Shown one piece after another: positions 33,501 to 47,800 of a stretch of DNA of 64,000 nt; positions within the stretch are counted from its first letter, which is position 1, and each line of letters opens with the position of its first letter. Position numbers and translations under genes: made by a program. The notes under the pieces are model-generated. The model saw only the letters and a list, made by a program, of their open reading frames with translations, was not told where the DNA came from and did no database searches. The DNA is from Nemertoderma westbladi (lineage: Eukaryota > Animalia > Xenacoelomorpha): assembly GCA_032718475.1 (NCBI GenBank), contig JAUCBJ010009143.1, forward strand, positions 186,001 to 250,000. Reading direction: 5' to 3'.

Positions 33501-36500
33501 ACACTCGAAGCCTCACCACCTGGCCAGCAGCACTCCAGATTAATTTATCTTCTACTTCAACTAGGCCACCAGATCTCAATATTATTCTACCTTCTACTTC
33601 CGCACACTCGAAGCCTCACCACCTGGCCAGCAGCACTCCAGATTAATTTATCTTCTACTTCAACTGGGCCACCAGATCTCCCAATTAATCCAACTTCTAC
33701 TTCCGCACACTCGAAGCCTCACCACCTGGCCAGCAGCACTCCAGATTAATTTATCTTCTACTTCAACTGGGCCACCAGATCTCCCTATTAATCTAACTTC
33801 TACTTCCGCACACTCAAAGCCTCACCACCTGGCCAGCAGCACTCCAGATTAATTTATCTTCTACTTCAACTGGGCCACCAGATCTCAATATTATTCTACC
33901 TTCTACTTCCGCACACTCGAAGCCTCACCACCTGGCCAGCAGCACTCCAGATTAATTTATCTTCTACTTCAACTGGGCCACCAGATCTCCCAATTAATCC
34001 AACTTCTACTTCCGCACACTCGAAGCCTCACCACCTGGCCAGCAGCACTCCAGATTAATTTATCTTCTACTTCAACTAGGCCACCAGATCTCAATATTAT
34101 TCTACCTTCTACTTCCGCACACTCGAAGCCTCACCACCTGGCCAGCAGCACTCCAGATTAATTTATCTTCTACTTCAACTGGGCCACCAGATCTCCCTAT
34201 TAATCTACCTTCTACTTCCGCACCTAAGAAGCCTCACCACCTGGCCAGCAGCACTACAGATTAATTTATCTTCTACTTCAACTGGGCCACCAGATCTCCC
34301 TATTAATCTACCTTCTACTTCCGCACCTAAGAAGCCTCACCACCTGGCCAGCAGCACTCCAGATTAATATATCTTCTACTTCAACTGGGCCACCAGATCT
34401 CCCTATTAATCCAACTTCTACTTCCGCACACTCGAAGCCTCACCACCTGGCCAGCAGCACTCCAGATTAATTTATCTTCTACTTCAACTGGGCCACCAGA
34501 TCTCCCTATTAATCCAACTTCTACTTCCGCACACTCGAAGCCTCACCACCTGGCCAGCAGCACTCCAGATTAATTTATCTTCTACTTCAACTGGGCCACC
34601 AGTTCTCCCTATTAATCGACCTTCTACTTCCGCACACTCGAAGCCTCACCACCTGGCCAGCAGCACTCCAGATTAATTTATCTTCTACTTCAACTGGGCC
34701 ACCAGATCTCCCAATTAATCCAACTTCTACTTCCGCACACTCGAAGCCTCACCACCTGGCCAGCAGCACTCCAGATTAATTTATCTTCTACTTCAACTAG
34801 GCCACCAGATCTCAATATTATTCTACCTTCTACTTCCGCACACTCGAAGCCTCACCACCTGGCCAGCAGCACTCCAGATTAATTTATCTTCTACTTCAAC
34901 TAGGCCACCAGATCTCAATATTATTCTACCTTCTACTTCCGCACACTCGAAGCCTCACCACCTGGCCAGCAGCACTCCAGATTAATTTATCTTCTACTTC
35001 AACTGGGCCACCAGATCTCCCAATTAATCCAACTTCTACTTCCGCACACTCGAAGCCTCATCAACTGGGCCAGCAGCACTCCAGATTAATTTAACTTCTA
35101 CTTCAACTGGGCCACCAGATCTCCCGATTAATCCAACTTCTACTTCCGCACACTCGAAGCCTCACCACCTGGCCAGCATCACTCCAGATTAATTTATCTT
35201 CTACTTCAACTGGGCCACCAGATCTCCCTATTAATCTACCTTCTACTTCCGCACACTCGAAGCCTCACCACCTGGCCAGCAGCACTCCAGATTAATTTAT
35301 CTTCTACTTCAACTGGGCCACCAGATCTCCCTATTAATCTACCTTCTACTTCCGCACACTCGAAGCCTCACCACCTGGCCAGCAGCACTCCAGATTAATT
35401 TATCTTCTACTTCAACTAGGCCACCAGATCTCAATATTATTCTACCTTCTACTTCCGCACACTCGAGGCCTCAACAACTGGGCCAGCAGCACTCCAGATT
35501 AATTTATCTTCTACTTCAACTAGGCCACCAGATCTCAATATTATTCTACCTTCTACTTCCGCACACTCGAAGCCTCACCACCTGGCCAGCAGTACTCCAG
35601 ATTAATTTATCTTCTACTTCAACTGGGCCACCAGATCTCCCAATTAATCCAACTTCTACTTCCGCACACTCGAAGCCTCACCACCTGGCCAGCAGCACTC
35701 CAGATTAATTTATCTTCTACTTCAACTGGGCCACCAGATCTCCCGATTAATCAAACTTCTACTTCCGAACACTCGAAGCCTCACCACCTGGCCAGCAGCA
35801 CTCCAGATTAAAATATCTTCTACTTCAACTGGGCCACCAGATCTCCCTATTAATCCAACTTCTACTTCCGCACACTCGAAGCCTCACCACCTGGCCAGCA
35901 GCACTCCAGATTAATTTATCTTCTACTTCAACTAGGCCACCAGATCTCAATATTATTCTACCTTCTACTTCCGCACACTCGAGGCCTCAACAACTGGGTC
36001 AGCAGCACTCCAGATTAATTTATCTTCTACTTCAACTGGGCCACCAGATCTCCCTATTAATCTACCTTCTACTTCCGCACACTCGAAGCCTCACCACCTG
36101 GTCAGCAGCACTCCAGATTAATTTATCTTCTACTTCAACTGGGCCACCATATCTCAATATTATTCTACCTTCTACTTCCGCACACTCGAAGCCTCACCAC
36201 CTGGCCAGCAGCACTCCAGATTAATTTATCTTTTACTTCAACTGGGCCACCAGATCTCCCTATTAATCCAACTTCTACTTCCGCACACTCGAAGCCTCAC
36301 CACCTGGCCAGCAGCACTCCAGATTAATTTATCTTCTACTTCAACTGGGCCACCAGATCTCCCGATTAATCAAACTTCTACTTCCGAACACTCGAAGCCT
36401 CACCACCTGGCCAGCAGCACTCCAGATTAAAATATCTTCTACTTCAACTGGGCCACCAGATCTCCCTATTAATCCAACTTCTACTTCCGCACACTCGAAG

Positions 36501-38457
36501 CCTCACCACCTGGCCAGCAGCACTCCAGATTAATTTATCTTCTACTTCAACTAGGCCACCAGATCTCAATATTATTCTACCTTCTACTTCCGCACACTCG
36601 AGCCCTCAACAACTGGGTCAGCAGCACTCCAGATTAATTTATCTTCTACTTCAACTGGGCCACCAGATCTCCCTATTAATCTACCTTCTACTTCCGCACA
36701 CTCGAAGCCTCACCACCTGGTCAGCAGCACTCCAGATTAATTTATCTTCTACTTCAACTGGGCCACCATATCTCAATATTATTCTACCTTCTACTTCCGC
36801 ACACTCGAAGCCTCACCACCTGGCCAGCAGCACTCCAGATTAAAATATCTTCTACTTCAACTGGGCCACCAGATCTCCCTATTAATCCAACTTCTACTTC
36901 CGCACACTCGAAGCCTCACCACCTGGCCAGCAGCACTCCAGATTAATTTATCTTCTACTTCAACTAGGCCACCAGATCTCAATATTATTCTACCTTCTAC
37001 TTCCGCACACTCGAGGCCTCAACAACTGGGCCAGCAGCACTCCAGATTAATTTATCTTCTACTTCAACTGGGCCACCAGATCTCCCAATTAATCCAACTT
37101 CTACTTCCGCACACTCGAAGCCTCACCACCTGGCCAGCATCACTCCAGATTAATTTATCTTATACTTCAACTGGGCCACCAGATCTCCCTATTAATCTAC
37201 CTTCTACTTCCGCACACTCGAAGCCTCACCACCTGGCCAGCAGCACTCCAGATTAATTTATCTTCTACTTCAACTGGGCCACCAGATCTCCCGATTAATC
37301 AAACTTCTACTTCCGAACACTCGAAGCCTCACCACCTGGCCAGCAGCACTCCAGATTAAAATATCTTCTACTTCAACTGGGCCACCAGATCTCCCTATTA
37401 ATCCAACTTCTACTTCCGCACACTCGAAGCCTCACCACCTGGCCAGCAGCACTCCAGATTAATTTATCTTCTACTTCAACTGGGCTACCAGATCTCCCTA
37501 TTAATCTACCTTCTACTTCCGCACACTCGAAGCCTCACCACCTGGCCAGCATCACTCCAGATTAATTTATCTTATACTTCAACTGGGCCACCAGATCTCC
37601 CTATTAATCTACCTTCTACTTCCGCACACTCGAAGCCTCACCACCTGGCCAGCAGCACTCCAGATTAATTTATCTTCTACTTCAACTGGGCCACCAGATC
37701 TCCCGATTAATCAAACTTCTACTTCCGAACACTCGAAGCCTCACCACCTGGCCAGCAGCACTCCAGATTAAAATATCTTCTACTTCAACTGGGCCACCAG
37801 ATCTCCCTATTAATCCAACTTCTACTTCCGCACACTCGAAGCCTCACCACCTGGCCAGCAGCACTCCAGATTAATTTATCTTCTACTTCAATTGGGCCAC
37901 CAGATCTCCCTATTAATCCAACCTCTACTTTCGCACACTCGAAGCCTCATCCACTGGGCCAGCAGCACTCCAGATTAATTGATCTTCTACTTCAACTGGG
38001 CCTCCAGATCTCCCGATTAATCCAACTTCTACTTCCGCACACTCGAAGCCTCATCAACTGGGCCAGCAGCACTCCAGATTAATTTATCTTCTACTTCAAC
38101 TGGGCCACCAGATCTTCCTATTAATCTACCTTCTACTTCCGCACACTCGAAGCCTCACCACCTGGCCAGCAGCACTCCAGATTAATTTATCTTTTACTTC
38201 AACTGGGCCACCAGATCTCCCTATTAATCTACCTTCTACTTCCGCACACTCGAAGCCTCACCACCTGGCCAGCAGCACTCCAGATTAATTTATCTTCTAC
38301 TTCAACTGGGCCACCAGATCTCCCTATTAATCTACATTCTACTTCCGCACACTCGAAGCCTCACCACCTGGCCAGCAGCACTCCAGATTAATTTATCTTC
38401 TACTTCAACTGGGCCACCAGATCTCCCTATTAATCCAACTTCTACTTCCGCACACTC
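27567..38457 (+). repeat. 103-bp satellite array, segment 3
   Basis: Same monomer; enriched in the CTAGGCC/TCAATATTATT variant; contains an 1857-bp tandem duplication. Confidence 0.99.
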
Positions 38458-38897
38458 TACTACTACTACTACTAGGATCGGCATGCTGCATTGCAGCTGC
38501 ATTTTTAAGAATGCTGTGCCGGCTTATCGACAAAATTGCACCGCCACAACTCCCTATCACCCATGACATTTGCTAGATCATCCGCATCTTTAAGGCCAGT
38601 GTCCTTTAAGATGCGTCTCAAGAAAGTCATGGGCTGTCCACCATGCTTATTCACTCCATGAGGCTGCCAAAGTACAAGATTATGCACTGGCTGGTCCTCA
38701 CGGCGAAAGCAATGTCCTGCAAAGCGGAGGCGATTTTGTTCTAGTGTCAAGCTTGGGGGAACCAATGAGACACCTCCAATGTTATATAGTGTCTGGTTGG
38801 ACATGTGTGCATTATACTTGACACAATGAACCCGGCGTAGCATTCTTGTGAATGTGCCATCCAGAGATTTGGTGTCCTCAGCAGTTAGAGCCCAGCA
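38458..38897 (-). mobile_element. Short 3' fragment (~440 bp) of the same RTE-like LINE family, opposite orientation
   Basis: Reverse complement of about 27139-27566 with 6 substitutions; ends in a (TAG)~6 tail (plus strand TACTACTAC... at 38458-38474); no TSD. Confidence 0.95.
38505..38897 (-). pseudogene. C-terminal fragment of the LINE RT ORF
   Basis: Translates as WALTAEDTKSLDGTFTRMLRR...RLRFAGHCFRR...DKPAQHS*, nearly identical to the C-terminus of the 25516-27531 ORF. Confidence 0.9.
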
Positions 38898-41800
38898 GCA
38901 CTCCAGATTAATTTATCTTCTACTTCAACTGGGCCACCAGATCTCCCTATTAATCTACCTTCTACTTCCGCACACTCGAAGCCTCACCACCTGGCCAGCA
39001 GCACTCCAGATTAATTTATCTTCTACTTCAACTGGGCTACCAGATCTCCCTATTAATCTACCTTCTACTTCCGCACACTCGAAGCCTCACCACCTGGCCA
39101 GCAGCACTCCAGATTAATTTATCTTCTACTTCAACTGGGCCACAATATCTCCCTATTAATCTACCTTCTACTTCCGCACACTCGAAGCCTCACCACCTGG
39201 CCAGCAGCACTCCAGATTAATTTATCTTCTACTTCAACTGGGCTACCAGATCTCCCTATTAATCTACCTTCTACTTCCGCACACTCGAAGCCTCACCACC
39301 TGGCCAGCAGCACTCCAGATTAATTTATCTTCTACTTCAACTGGGCTACCAGATCTCCCTATTAATCTACCTTCTACTTCCGCACACTCGAAGCCTCACC
39401 ACCTGGCGAGCAGCACTCCAGATTAATTTATCTTCTACTTCAACTGGGCTACCAGATCTCCCTATAAATCTACCTTCTACTTCCTCACACTCGAAGCCTC
39501 ACCACCTGGTCAGCAGCACTCCAGATTAATTTATCTTCTACTTCAACTGGGCTACCAGATCTCCCTATTAATCTACCTTCTACTTTCGCACACTCGAAGC
39601 CTCACCACCTGGCCAGCAGCACTCCAGATTAATTTATCTTCTACTTCAACTGGGCCACCAGATCTCCCTAATAATCTACCTTCTACTTCCGCACACTCGA
39701 AGCCTCACCACCTGGCCAGCAGCACTCCAGATTAATTTATCTTCTACTTCAACTGGGCCACCAGATCTCCCAATTAATCCAACTTCTACTTCCGCACACT
39801 CGAAGCCTCATCAACTGGGCCAGCAGCACTCCATATTAATTTATCTTCTACTTCAACTGGGCCTCCAGATCTCCCGATTAATCCAACTTCTACTTCCGCA
39901 CACTCGAAGCCTCACCACCTGGCCAGCAGCACTCCAGATTAATTTATCTTCTACTTCAACTGGGCCACCAGATCTCCCGATTAATCCAACTTCTACTTCC
40001 GAACACTCGAAGCCTCACCACCTGGCCAGCAGCACTCCAGATTAATTTATCTTCTAATTCAACTGGGCCACCAGATCTCCCGATTAATCCAACCTCTACT
40101 TTCGCACACTCGAAGCCTCATCAACTGGGCCAGCAGCACTCCAGATTAGTTTATCTTCTACTTCAACTGGGCCTCCAGATCTCCCTATTAATCTACCTTC
40201 TACTTCTGCACACTCGAAGCCTCACCACCTGGCCAGCAGCACTCCAGATTAATTTATCTTCTACTTCAACTGGGCCACCAGATCTCCCTATTAATCTACC
40301 TTCTACTTCCGCACACTCGAAGCCTCACCACCTGGCCAGCAGCACTCCAGATTAATTTATCTTCTACTTCAACTGAGCCACCAGATCTCCCTATTAATCT
40401 ACCTTCTACTTCGGCCCACTCGAAGCCTCACTACCTGGCCAGCAGCACTCCAGATTAATTTATCTTCTACTTCAACTGGGCCACCAGATCTCCCTATTAA
40501 TATACCTTCTACTTCCGCACACTCGAAGCCTCACCACCTGGCCAGCAGCACTCCAGATTAATTTATCTTCTACTTCAATTGGGCCACCAGATCTCCCTAT
40601 TAATCTACCTTCTACTTCCGCACACTCGAAGCCTCACCACCTGGCCAGCATCACTCCAGATTAATTTATCTTCTACTTCAACTGGGCCACAATATCTCCC
40701 TATTAATCTACCTTCTACTTCCGCACACTCAAAGCCTCACCACCTGGCCAGCATCACTCCAGATTAATTTATCTTCTACTTCAACTGGGTCACCAGATCT
40801 TCCTATTAATCTACCTTCTACTTCCGCACACTCGAAGCCTCACCACCTGGCCAGCAGCACTCCAGATTAATTTATCTTCTACTTCAACTGGGCCACCAGA
40901 TCTCCCTATTAATCTACCTTCTACTTCCGCACACTCGAAGCCTCACCACCTGGCCAGCAGCACTCCAGATTAATTTATCTTCTACTTCAACTGGGCCACC
41001 AGCTCTCCCTATTAATCTACCTTCTACTTCCGCACACTCGAAGTCTCACCACCTGGCCAGCAGCACTCCAGATTAATTTATCTTCTACTTCAACTGGGCC
41101 ACCAGATCTCCCTATTAATCTACATTCTACTTCCGCACACTCGAAGCCTCACCACCTGGCCAGCAGCACTCCAGATTAATTTATCTTCTACTTCAACTGG
41201 GCCACCAGATCTCCCTATTAATCTACCTTCTACTTCCGCACACTCGAAGCCTCACCACCTGGCCAGCATCACTCCAGATTAATTTATCTTCTACTTAAAC
41301 TGGGCCACCAGATCTCCCTATTAATCTACCTTCTACTTCCGCACACTCGAAGCCTCACCACCTGGCCAGCAGCACTCCAGATTAATTTATCTTCTACTTC
41401 AACTGGGCCACCAGATCTCCCTATTAATCTACCTTCTACTTCCGCACACTCGAGGCCTCACCACCTGGCCAGCAGCACTCCAGATTAATTTATCTTCTTC
41501 TTCAACTGGGCCACCAGATCTCCCTATTAATCTACCTTCTACTTCCGCACCCTCGAAGCCTCACCACCTGGCCAGCAGCACTCCAGATTAATTTATCTTC
41601 TACTTCAACTGGGCCACCAGATCTCCCGATTAATCCAACTTCTACTTCCGCGCACTCGAAGCCTCACCACATGGCCAGCAGCACTCCAGATTAATTTATC
41701 TTCTACTTCAACTGGGCCACCAGATCTTCCTATTAATCTACCTTCTACTTCCGCACACTCGAAGCCTCACCACCTGGCCAGCAGCACTCCAGATTAATTT

Positions 41801-44800
41801 ATCTTCTACTTCAACTGGGCCACCAGATCTCCCTATTAATCTACCTTCTACTTCCGCACACTCGAAGCCTCACCATCTGGCCAGCAGCACTCCAGATTAA
41901 TTTATCTTCTACTTCAACTGGGCCACCAGCTCTCCCTATTAATCTACCTTCTACTTCCGCACACTCGAAGCCTCACCACCTGGCCAGCAGCACTCCAGAT
42001 TAATTTATCTTCTACTTCAACTGGGCCACCAGATCTTCCTATTAATCTACCTTCTACTTCCGCACACTCGAAGCCTCACCACCTGGCCAGCAGCACTCCA
42101 GATTAATTTATCTTCTACTTCAACTGGGCCACCAGATCTCCCTAGTAATCTACCTTCTACTTCCGCACACTCGAAGCCTCACCACCTGGCCAGCAGCAGT
42201 CCAGATTAATTTATCTTCTACTTCAACTGGGCCACCAGCTCTTCCTATTAATCTACCTTCTACTTCCGCACATTCGAAGCCTCACCACCTGGCCAGCAGC
42301 ACTCCAGATTAATTTATCTTCTACTTCAACTGGGCCACCAGATCTCCCTATTAATCTACCTTCTACTTCCGCACACTCGAAGCCTCACCACCTGGCCAGC
42401 AGCACTCCAGATTAATTTATCTTCTACTTTAACTGGGCCACAATATCTCCCTATTAATCTACCTTCTACTTCCGCACACTCGAAGCCTCACCACCTGGCC
42501 AGCAGCACTCCAGATTAATTTATCTTCTACTTTAACTGGGCCACAATATCTCCCTATTAATCTACCTTCTGTTTCCGCACACTCGAAGCCTCACCACCTG
42601 TCCAGCAGCACTCCAGATTAATTTATCTTCTACTTCAACTGGGCCACCAGATCTCCCTATTAATCTACCTTCTACTTCCGCACACTCGAGGCCTCACCAC
42701 CTGGCCAGCAGCACTCCAGATTAATTTATCTTCTACTTCAACTGGGCCACCAGATCTCCCTATTAATCTACCTTCTACTTCCGCACCCTCGAAGCCTCAC
42801 CACCTGGCCAGCAGCACTACAGATTAATTTATCTTCTACCTCAACTGGGCCACAATATCTCCCTATTAATCTACCTTCTACTTCCGCACACTCGAAGCCT
42901 CACCACCTGGCCAGCAGCACTCCAGAATAATTTATCTTCTACTTCAACTGGGCCACCAGATCTCCCTATTAATCTACCTTCTACTTCCGCACACTCGAGG
43001 CCTCACCACCTGGCCAGCAGCACTCCAGATTAATTTATCTTCTACTTCAACTGGGCCACCAGATCTCCCTATTAATCTACCTTCTACTTCCGCACCCTCG
43101 AAGCCTCACCACCTGGCCAGCAGCACTCCAGATTAATTTATCTTCTACTTCAACTGGGCCACCAGATCTCCCGATTAATCCAACTTCTACTTCCGCACAC
43201 TCGAAGCCTCACCACCTGGCCAGCAGCACTCCAGATTAATTTATCTTCTACTTCAACTGGGCCACCAGATCTCCCGATTAATCCAACTTCTACTTCCGCA
43301 CACTCGAAGCCTCACCACCTGGCCAGCAGCACTCCAGATTAATTTATCTTCTACTTCAACTGGGCCACCAGATCTCCCTATTAATCTATCTTCTACTTCC
43401 GCACCCTCGAAGCCTCACCACCTGGCCAGCAACACTCCAGATTAATTTATCTTCTACTTCAACTGGGCCACCAGATCTCCCTATTAATCTACCTTCTACT
43501 TCCGCACACTCGAAGCCTCACCACCTGGCCAGCAACACTCCAGATTAATTTATCTTCTACTTCAACTGGGCCACCAGATCTCCCTATTAATCTATCTTCT
43601 ACTTCCGCACCCTCGAAGCCTCACCACCTGGCCAGCAGCACTCCAGATTAATTTATCTTTTACTTCAACTGGGCCACCAGATCTCCCTATTAATCTACCT
43701 TCTACTTCGGCACACTCGAAGCCTCACCACCTGGCCAGCAACACTCCAGATTAATTTATCTTCTACTTCAACTGGGCCACCAGATCTCCCTATTAATCTA
43801 TCTTCTACTTCGGCACACTCGAAGCCTCACCACCTGGCCAGCAGCACTCCAGATTAATTTATCTTCTACTTCAACTGGGCCACCAGATCTCAATATTATT
43901 CTACCTTCTACTTTCGCACACTCGAAGCCTCACCACCCGGCCAGCGGCACTCCAGATTAATTTATATTTTACTTCAAATGGGCCACCAGATCTCCCTATT
44001 AATCTACCTTCTACTTCCGCACACTCGAAGCCTCACCACCTGGCCAGCATCACTCCAGATTAATTTATCTTCTACTTCAACTGGGCCACCAGATCTCAAT
44101 ATTATTCTACCTTCTACTTTCGCACACTCGAAGCCTCACCACCCGGCCAGCGGCACTCCAGATTAATTTATCTTCTACTTCAACTGGGCCACCAGATCTC
44201 CCTATTAATCTATCTTCTACTTCGGCACACTCGAAGCCTCACCACCTGGCCAGCAGCACTCCAGATTAATTTATCTTCTACTTCAACTGGGCCACCAGAT
44301 CTCCCTATTAATCTATCTTCTACTTCGGCACACTCGAAGCCTCACCACCTGGCCAGCAGCACTCCAGATTAATTTATCTTCTACTTCAACTGGGCCACCA
44401 GATCTCAATATTATTCTACCTTCTACTTTCGCACACTCGAAGCCTCACCACCCGGCCAGCGGCACTCCAGATTAATTTATATTTTACTTCAAATGGGCCA
44501 CCAGATCTCCCTATTAATCTACCTTCTACTTCCGCACACTCGAAGCCTCACCACCCGGCCAGCGGCACTCCAGATTAATTTATATTTTACTTCAAATGGG
44601 CCACCAGATCTCCCTATTAATCTACCTTCTACTTCCGCACACTCGAAGCCTCACCACCTGGCCAGCAGCACTCCAGATTAATTTATATTTTACTTCAAAT
44701 GGGCCACCAGATCTCCCTATTAATCTACCTTCTACTTCCGCACACTCGAAGCCTCACCACCTGGCCAGCAGCACTCCAGATTAATTTATCTTCTACTTCA

Positions 44801-47800
44801 ACTGGGCCACCAGATCTCCCTATTAATCTATCTTCTACTTCGGCACACTCGAAGCCTCACCACCTGGCCAGCAGCACTCCAGATTAATTTATCTTCTACT
44901 TCAACTGGGCCACCAGATCTCAATATTATTCTACCTTCTACTTCCGCACACTCGAGGCCTCACCACCTGGCTAGCAGCACTCCAGATTAATTTATCTTCT
45001 ACTTCAACTGGGCCACTAGATCTCCCTATTAATCTACCTTCTACTTCCGCACACTCGAAGCCTCACCACCTGGCCAACAGCACTCCAGATTAATTTATCT
45101 TCTACTTCAACTGGGCCACCAGATCTCCCTATTAATCTACCTTCTACTTCCGCACACTCGAGGCCTCACCACCTGGCCAGCAGCACTCCAGATTAATTTA
45201 TCTTCTACTTCAACTGGGCCACCAGATCTCCCTATTAATCTACCTTCTACTTCCGCACACTCGAAGCCTCACCACCTGGCCAGCAGCACTCCAGATTAAT
45301 TTATATTCTACTTCAAATGGGCCACCAGATCTCCCTATTAATCTACCTTCTACTTCCGCACACTCGAGGCCTCACCACCTGGCCAGCAGCACTCCAGATT
45401 AATTTATCTTCTACTTCAACTGGGCCACCAGATCTCCCTATTAATCTACCTTCTACTTCCGCACACTCGAGGCCTCACCACCTGGCCAGCAGCACTCCAG
45501 ATTAATTTATCTTCTACTTCAACTGGGCCACCAGATCTCCCAATTAATCTACCTTCTACTTCCGCACACTCGAGGCCTCACCACCTGGCCAGCAGCACTC
45601 CAGATTAATTTATCTTCTACTTCAACTGGGCCACCAGATCTCAATATTATTCTACCTTCTACTTCCGCACACTCGAGGCCTCACCACCTGGCTAGCAGCA
45701 CTCCAGATTAATTTATCTTCTACTTCAACTGGGCCACTAGATCTCCCTATTAATCTACCTTCTACTTCCGCACACTCGAAGCCTCACCACCTGGCCAGCA
45801 GCACTCCAGATTAATTTATCTTCTACTTCAACTGGGCCACCAGATCTCCCTATTAATCTACCTTCTACTTCCGCACACTCGAGGCCTCACCACCTGGCCA
45901 GCAGCACTCCAGATTAATTTATCTTCTACTTCAACTGGGCCACTAGATCTCCCTATTAATCTACCTTCTACTTCCGCACACTCGAAGCCTCACCACCTGG
46001 CCAGCAGCACTCCAGATTAATTTATCTTTTACTTCAACTGGGCCACCATATCTCCCTATTAATCTACCTTCTACTTCCGCACACTCGAGGCCTCACCACC
46101 TGGCCAGCAGCACTCCAGATTAATTTATCTTCTACTTCAACTGGGCCACCAGATCTCCCTATTAATCTACCTTCTACTTCCGCACACTCGAAGCCTCACC
46201 ACCTGGCCAGCAGCACTCCAGATTAATTTATCTTCTACTTCAACTGGGCCACCAGATCTCCCTATTAATCTACCTTCTACTTCCGCACACTCGAGGCCTC
46301 ACCACCTGGCCAGCAGCACTCCAGATTAATTTATCTTCTACTTCAACTGGGCCACCAGATCTCCCTATTAATCTACCTTCTACTTCCGCACACTCGAAGC
46401 CTCACCACCTGGCCAGCAGCACTCCAGATTAATTTATCTTCTACTTCAACTGGGCCACCATATCTCCCTATTAATCTACCTTCTACTTCCGCACACTCGA
46501 GGCCTCACCACCTGGCCAGCAGCACTCCAGATTAATTTATCTTCTACTTCAACTGGGCCACCAGATCTCCCTATTAATCTACCTTCTACTTCCGCACACT
46601 CGAAGCCTCACCACCTGGCCAGCAGCACTCCAGATTAATTTATCTTCTACTTCAACTGGGCCACCAGATCTCCCAATTAATCCAACTTCTACTTCCGCAC
46701 ACTCGAAGCTTCATCAACTGGGCCAGCAGCACTCCAGATTAATTTATCTTCTACTTCAACTGGGCCACCAGATCTCCCGATTAATCCAACTTCTACTTCC
46801 GCACACTCGAAGCCTCACCACCTGGCCAGCAGCACTCCAGATTAATTTAACTTCTACTTCAACTGGGCCACCAGATCTTCCGATTAATCCAACTTCTACT
46901 TCCGCACACTCGAAGCCTCACCACCTGGCCAGCAGCACTCCAGATTAATTTATCTTCTACTTCAACTGGGCCACCAGATCTCCCGATCAATCCAACTTCT
47001 ACTTCCGTACACTCGAAGCCTTACCATCTGGCCAGCAGCACTCCAGATTAATTTATCTTCTACTTCAACTGGGCCACCAGATCTCCCGATTAATCCAACT
47101 TCTACTTCCGTACACTCGAAGCCTCACCACCTGGCCAGCAGCACTCCAGATTAATTTATCTTCTACTTCAACTGGGCCACCAGATCTCCCGATTAATCCA
47201 ACTTCTACTTCCGTACACTCGAAGCCTCACCACCTGGCCAGCAGCACTCCAGATTAATTTATCTTCTACTTCAACTGGGCCACCAGATCTCCCGATTAAT
47301 CCAACTTCTACTTCCGTACACTCGAAGCCTCACCACCTGGCCAGCAGCACTCCAGATTAATTTATCTTCTACTTCAACTGGGCCACCAGATCTCCCGATT
47401 AATCCAACTTCTACTTCCCACACTCGAAGCCTCACCACCTGGCCAGCAGCACTCCAGATTAATTTATCTTCTACTTCAACTGGGCCACCAGATCTCCCTA
47501 TTAATCCAACTTCTACTTCCGCACACTCGAAGCCTCATCAACTGGGCCAGCAGCACTCCAGATTAATTTATCTTCTACTTCAACTGGGCCACCAGATCTC
47601 CCGATTAATCCAACTTCTACTTCCGTACACTCGAAGCCTCACCACCTGGCCAGCAGCACTCCAGATTAATTTATCTTCTACTTCAACTGGGCCACCAGAT
47701 CTCCCGATTAATCCAACTTCTACTTCCGTACACTCGAAGCCTCACCACCTGGCCAGCAGCACTCCAGATTAATTTATCTTCTACTTCAACTGGGCCACCA

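Noticed and set aside
38458-38474. (TAG)n tail pairing with the satellite CTACT motif as a targeting mechanism
   Set aside because: Neither 3' junction lies at a CTACT with matching register; at most 1 bp of overlap is seen.
42141-42151. Satellite variant CCTAGTAATCT identical to the LINE 3' junction
   Set aside because: A single T>G change from consensus explains it; there is no other LINE sequence nearby.
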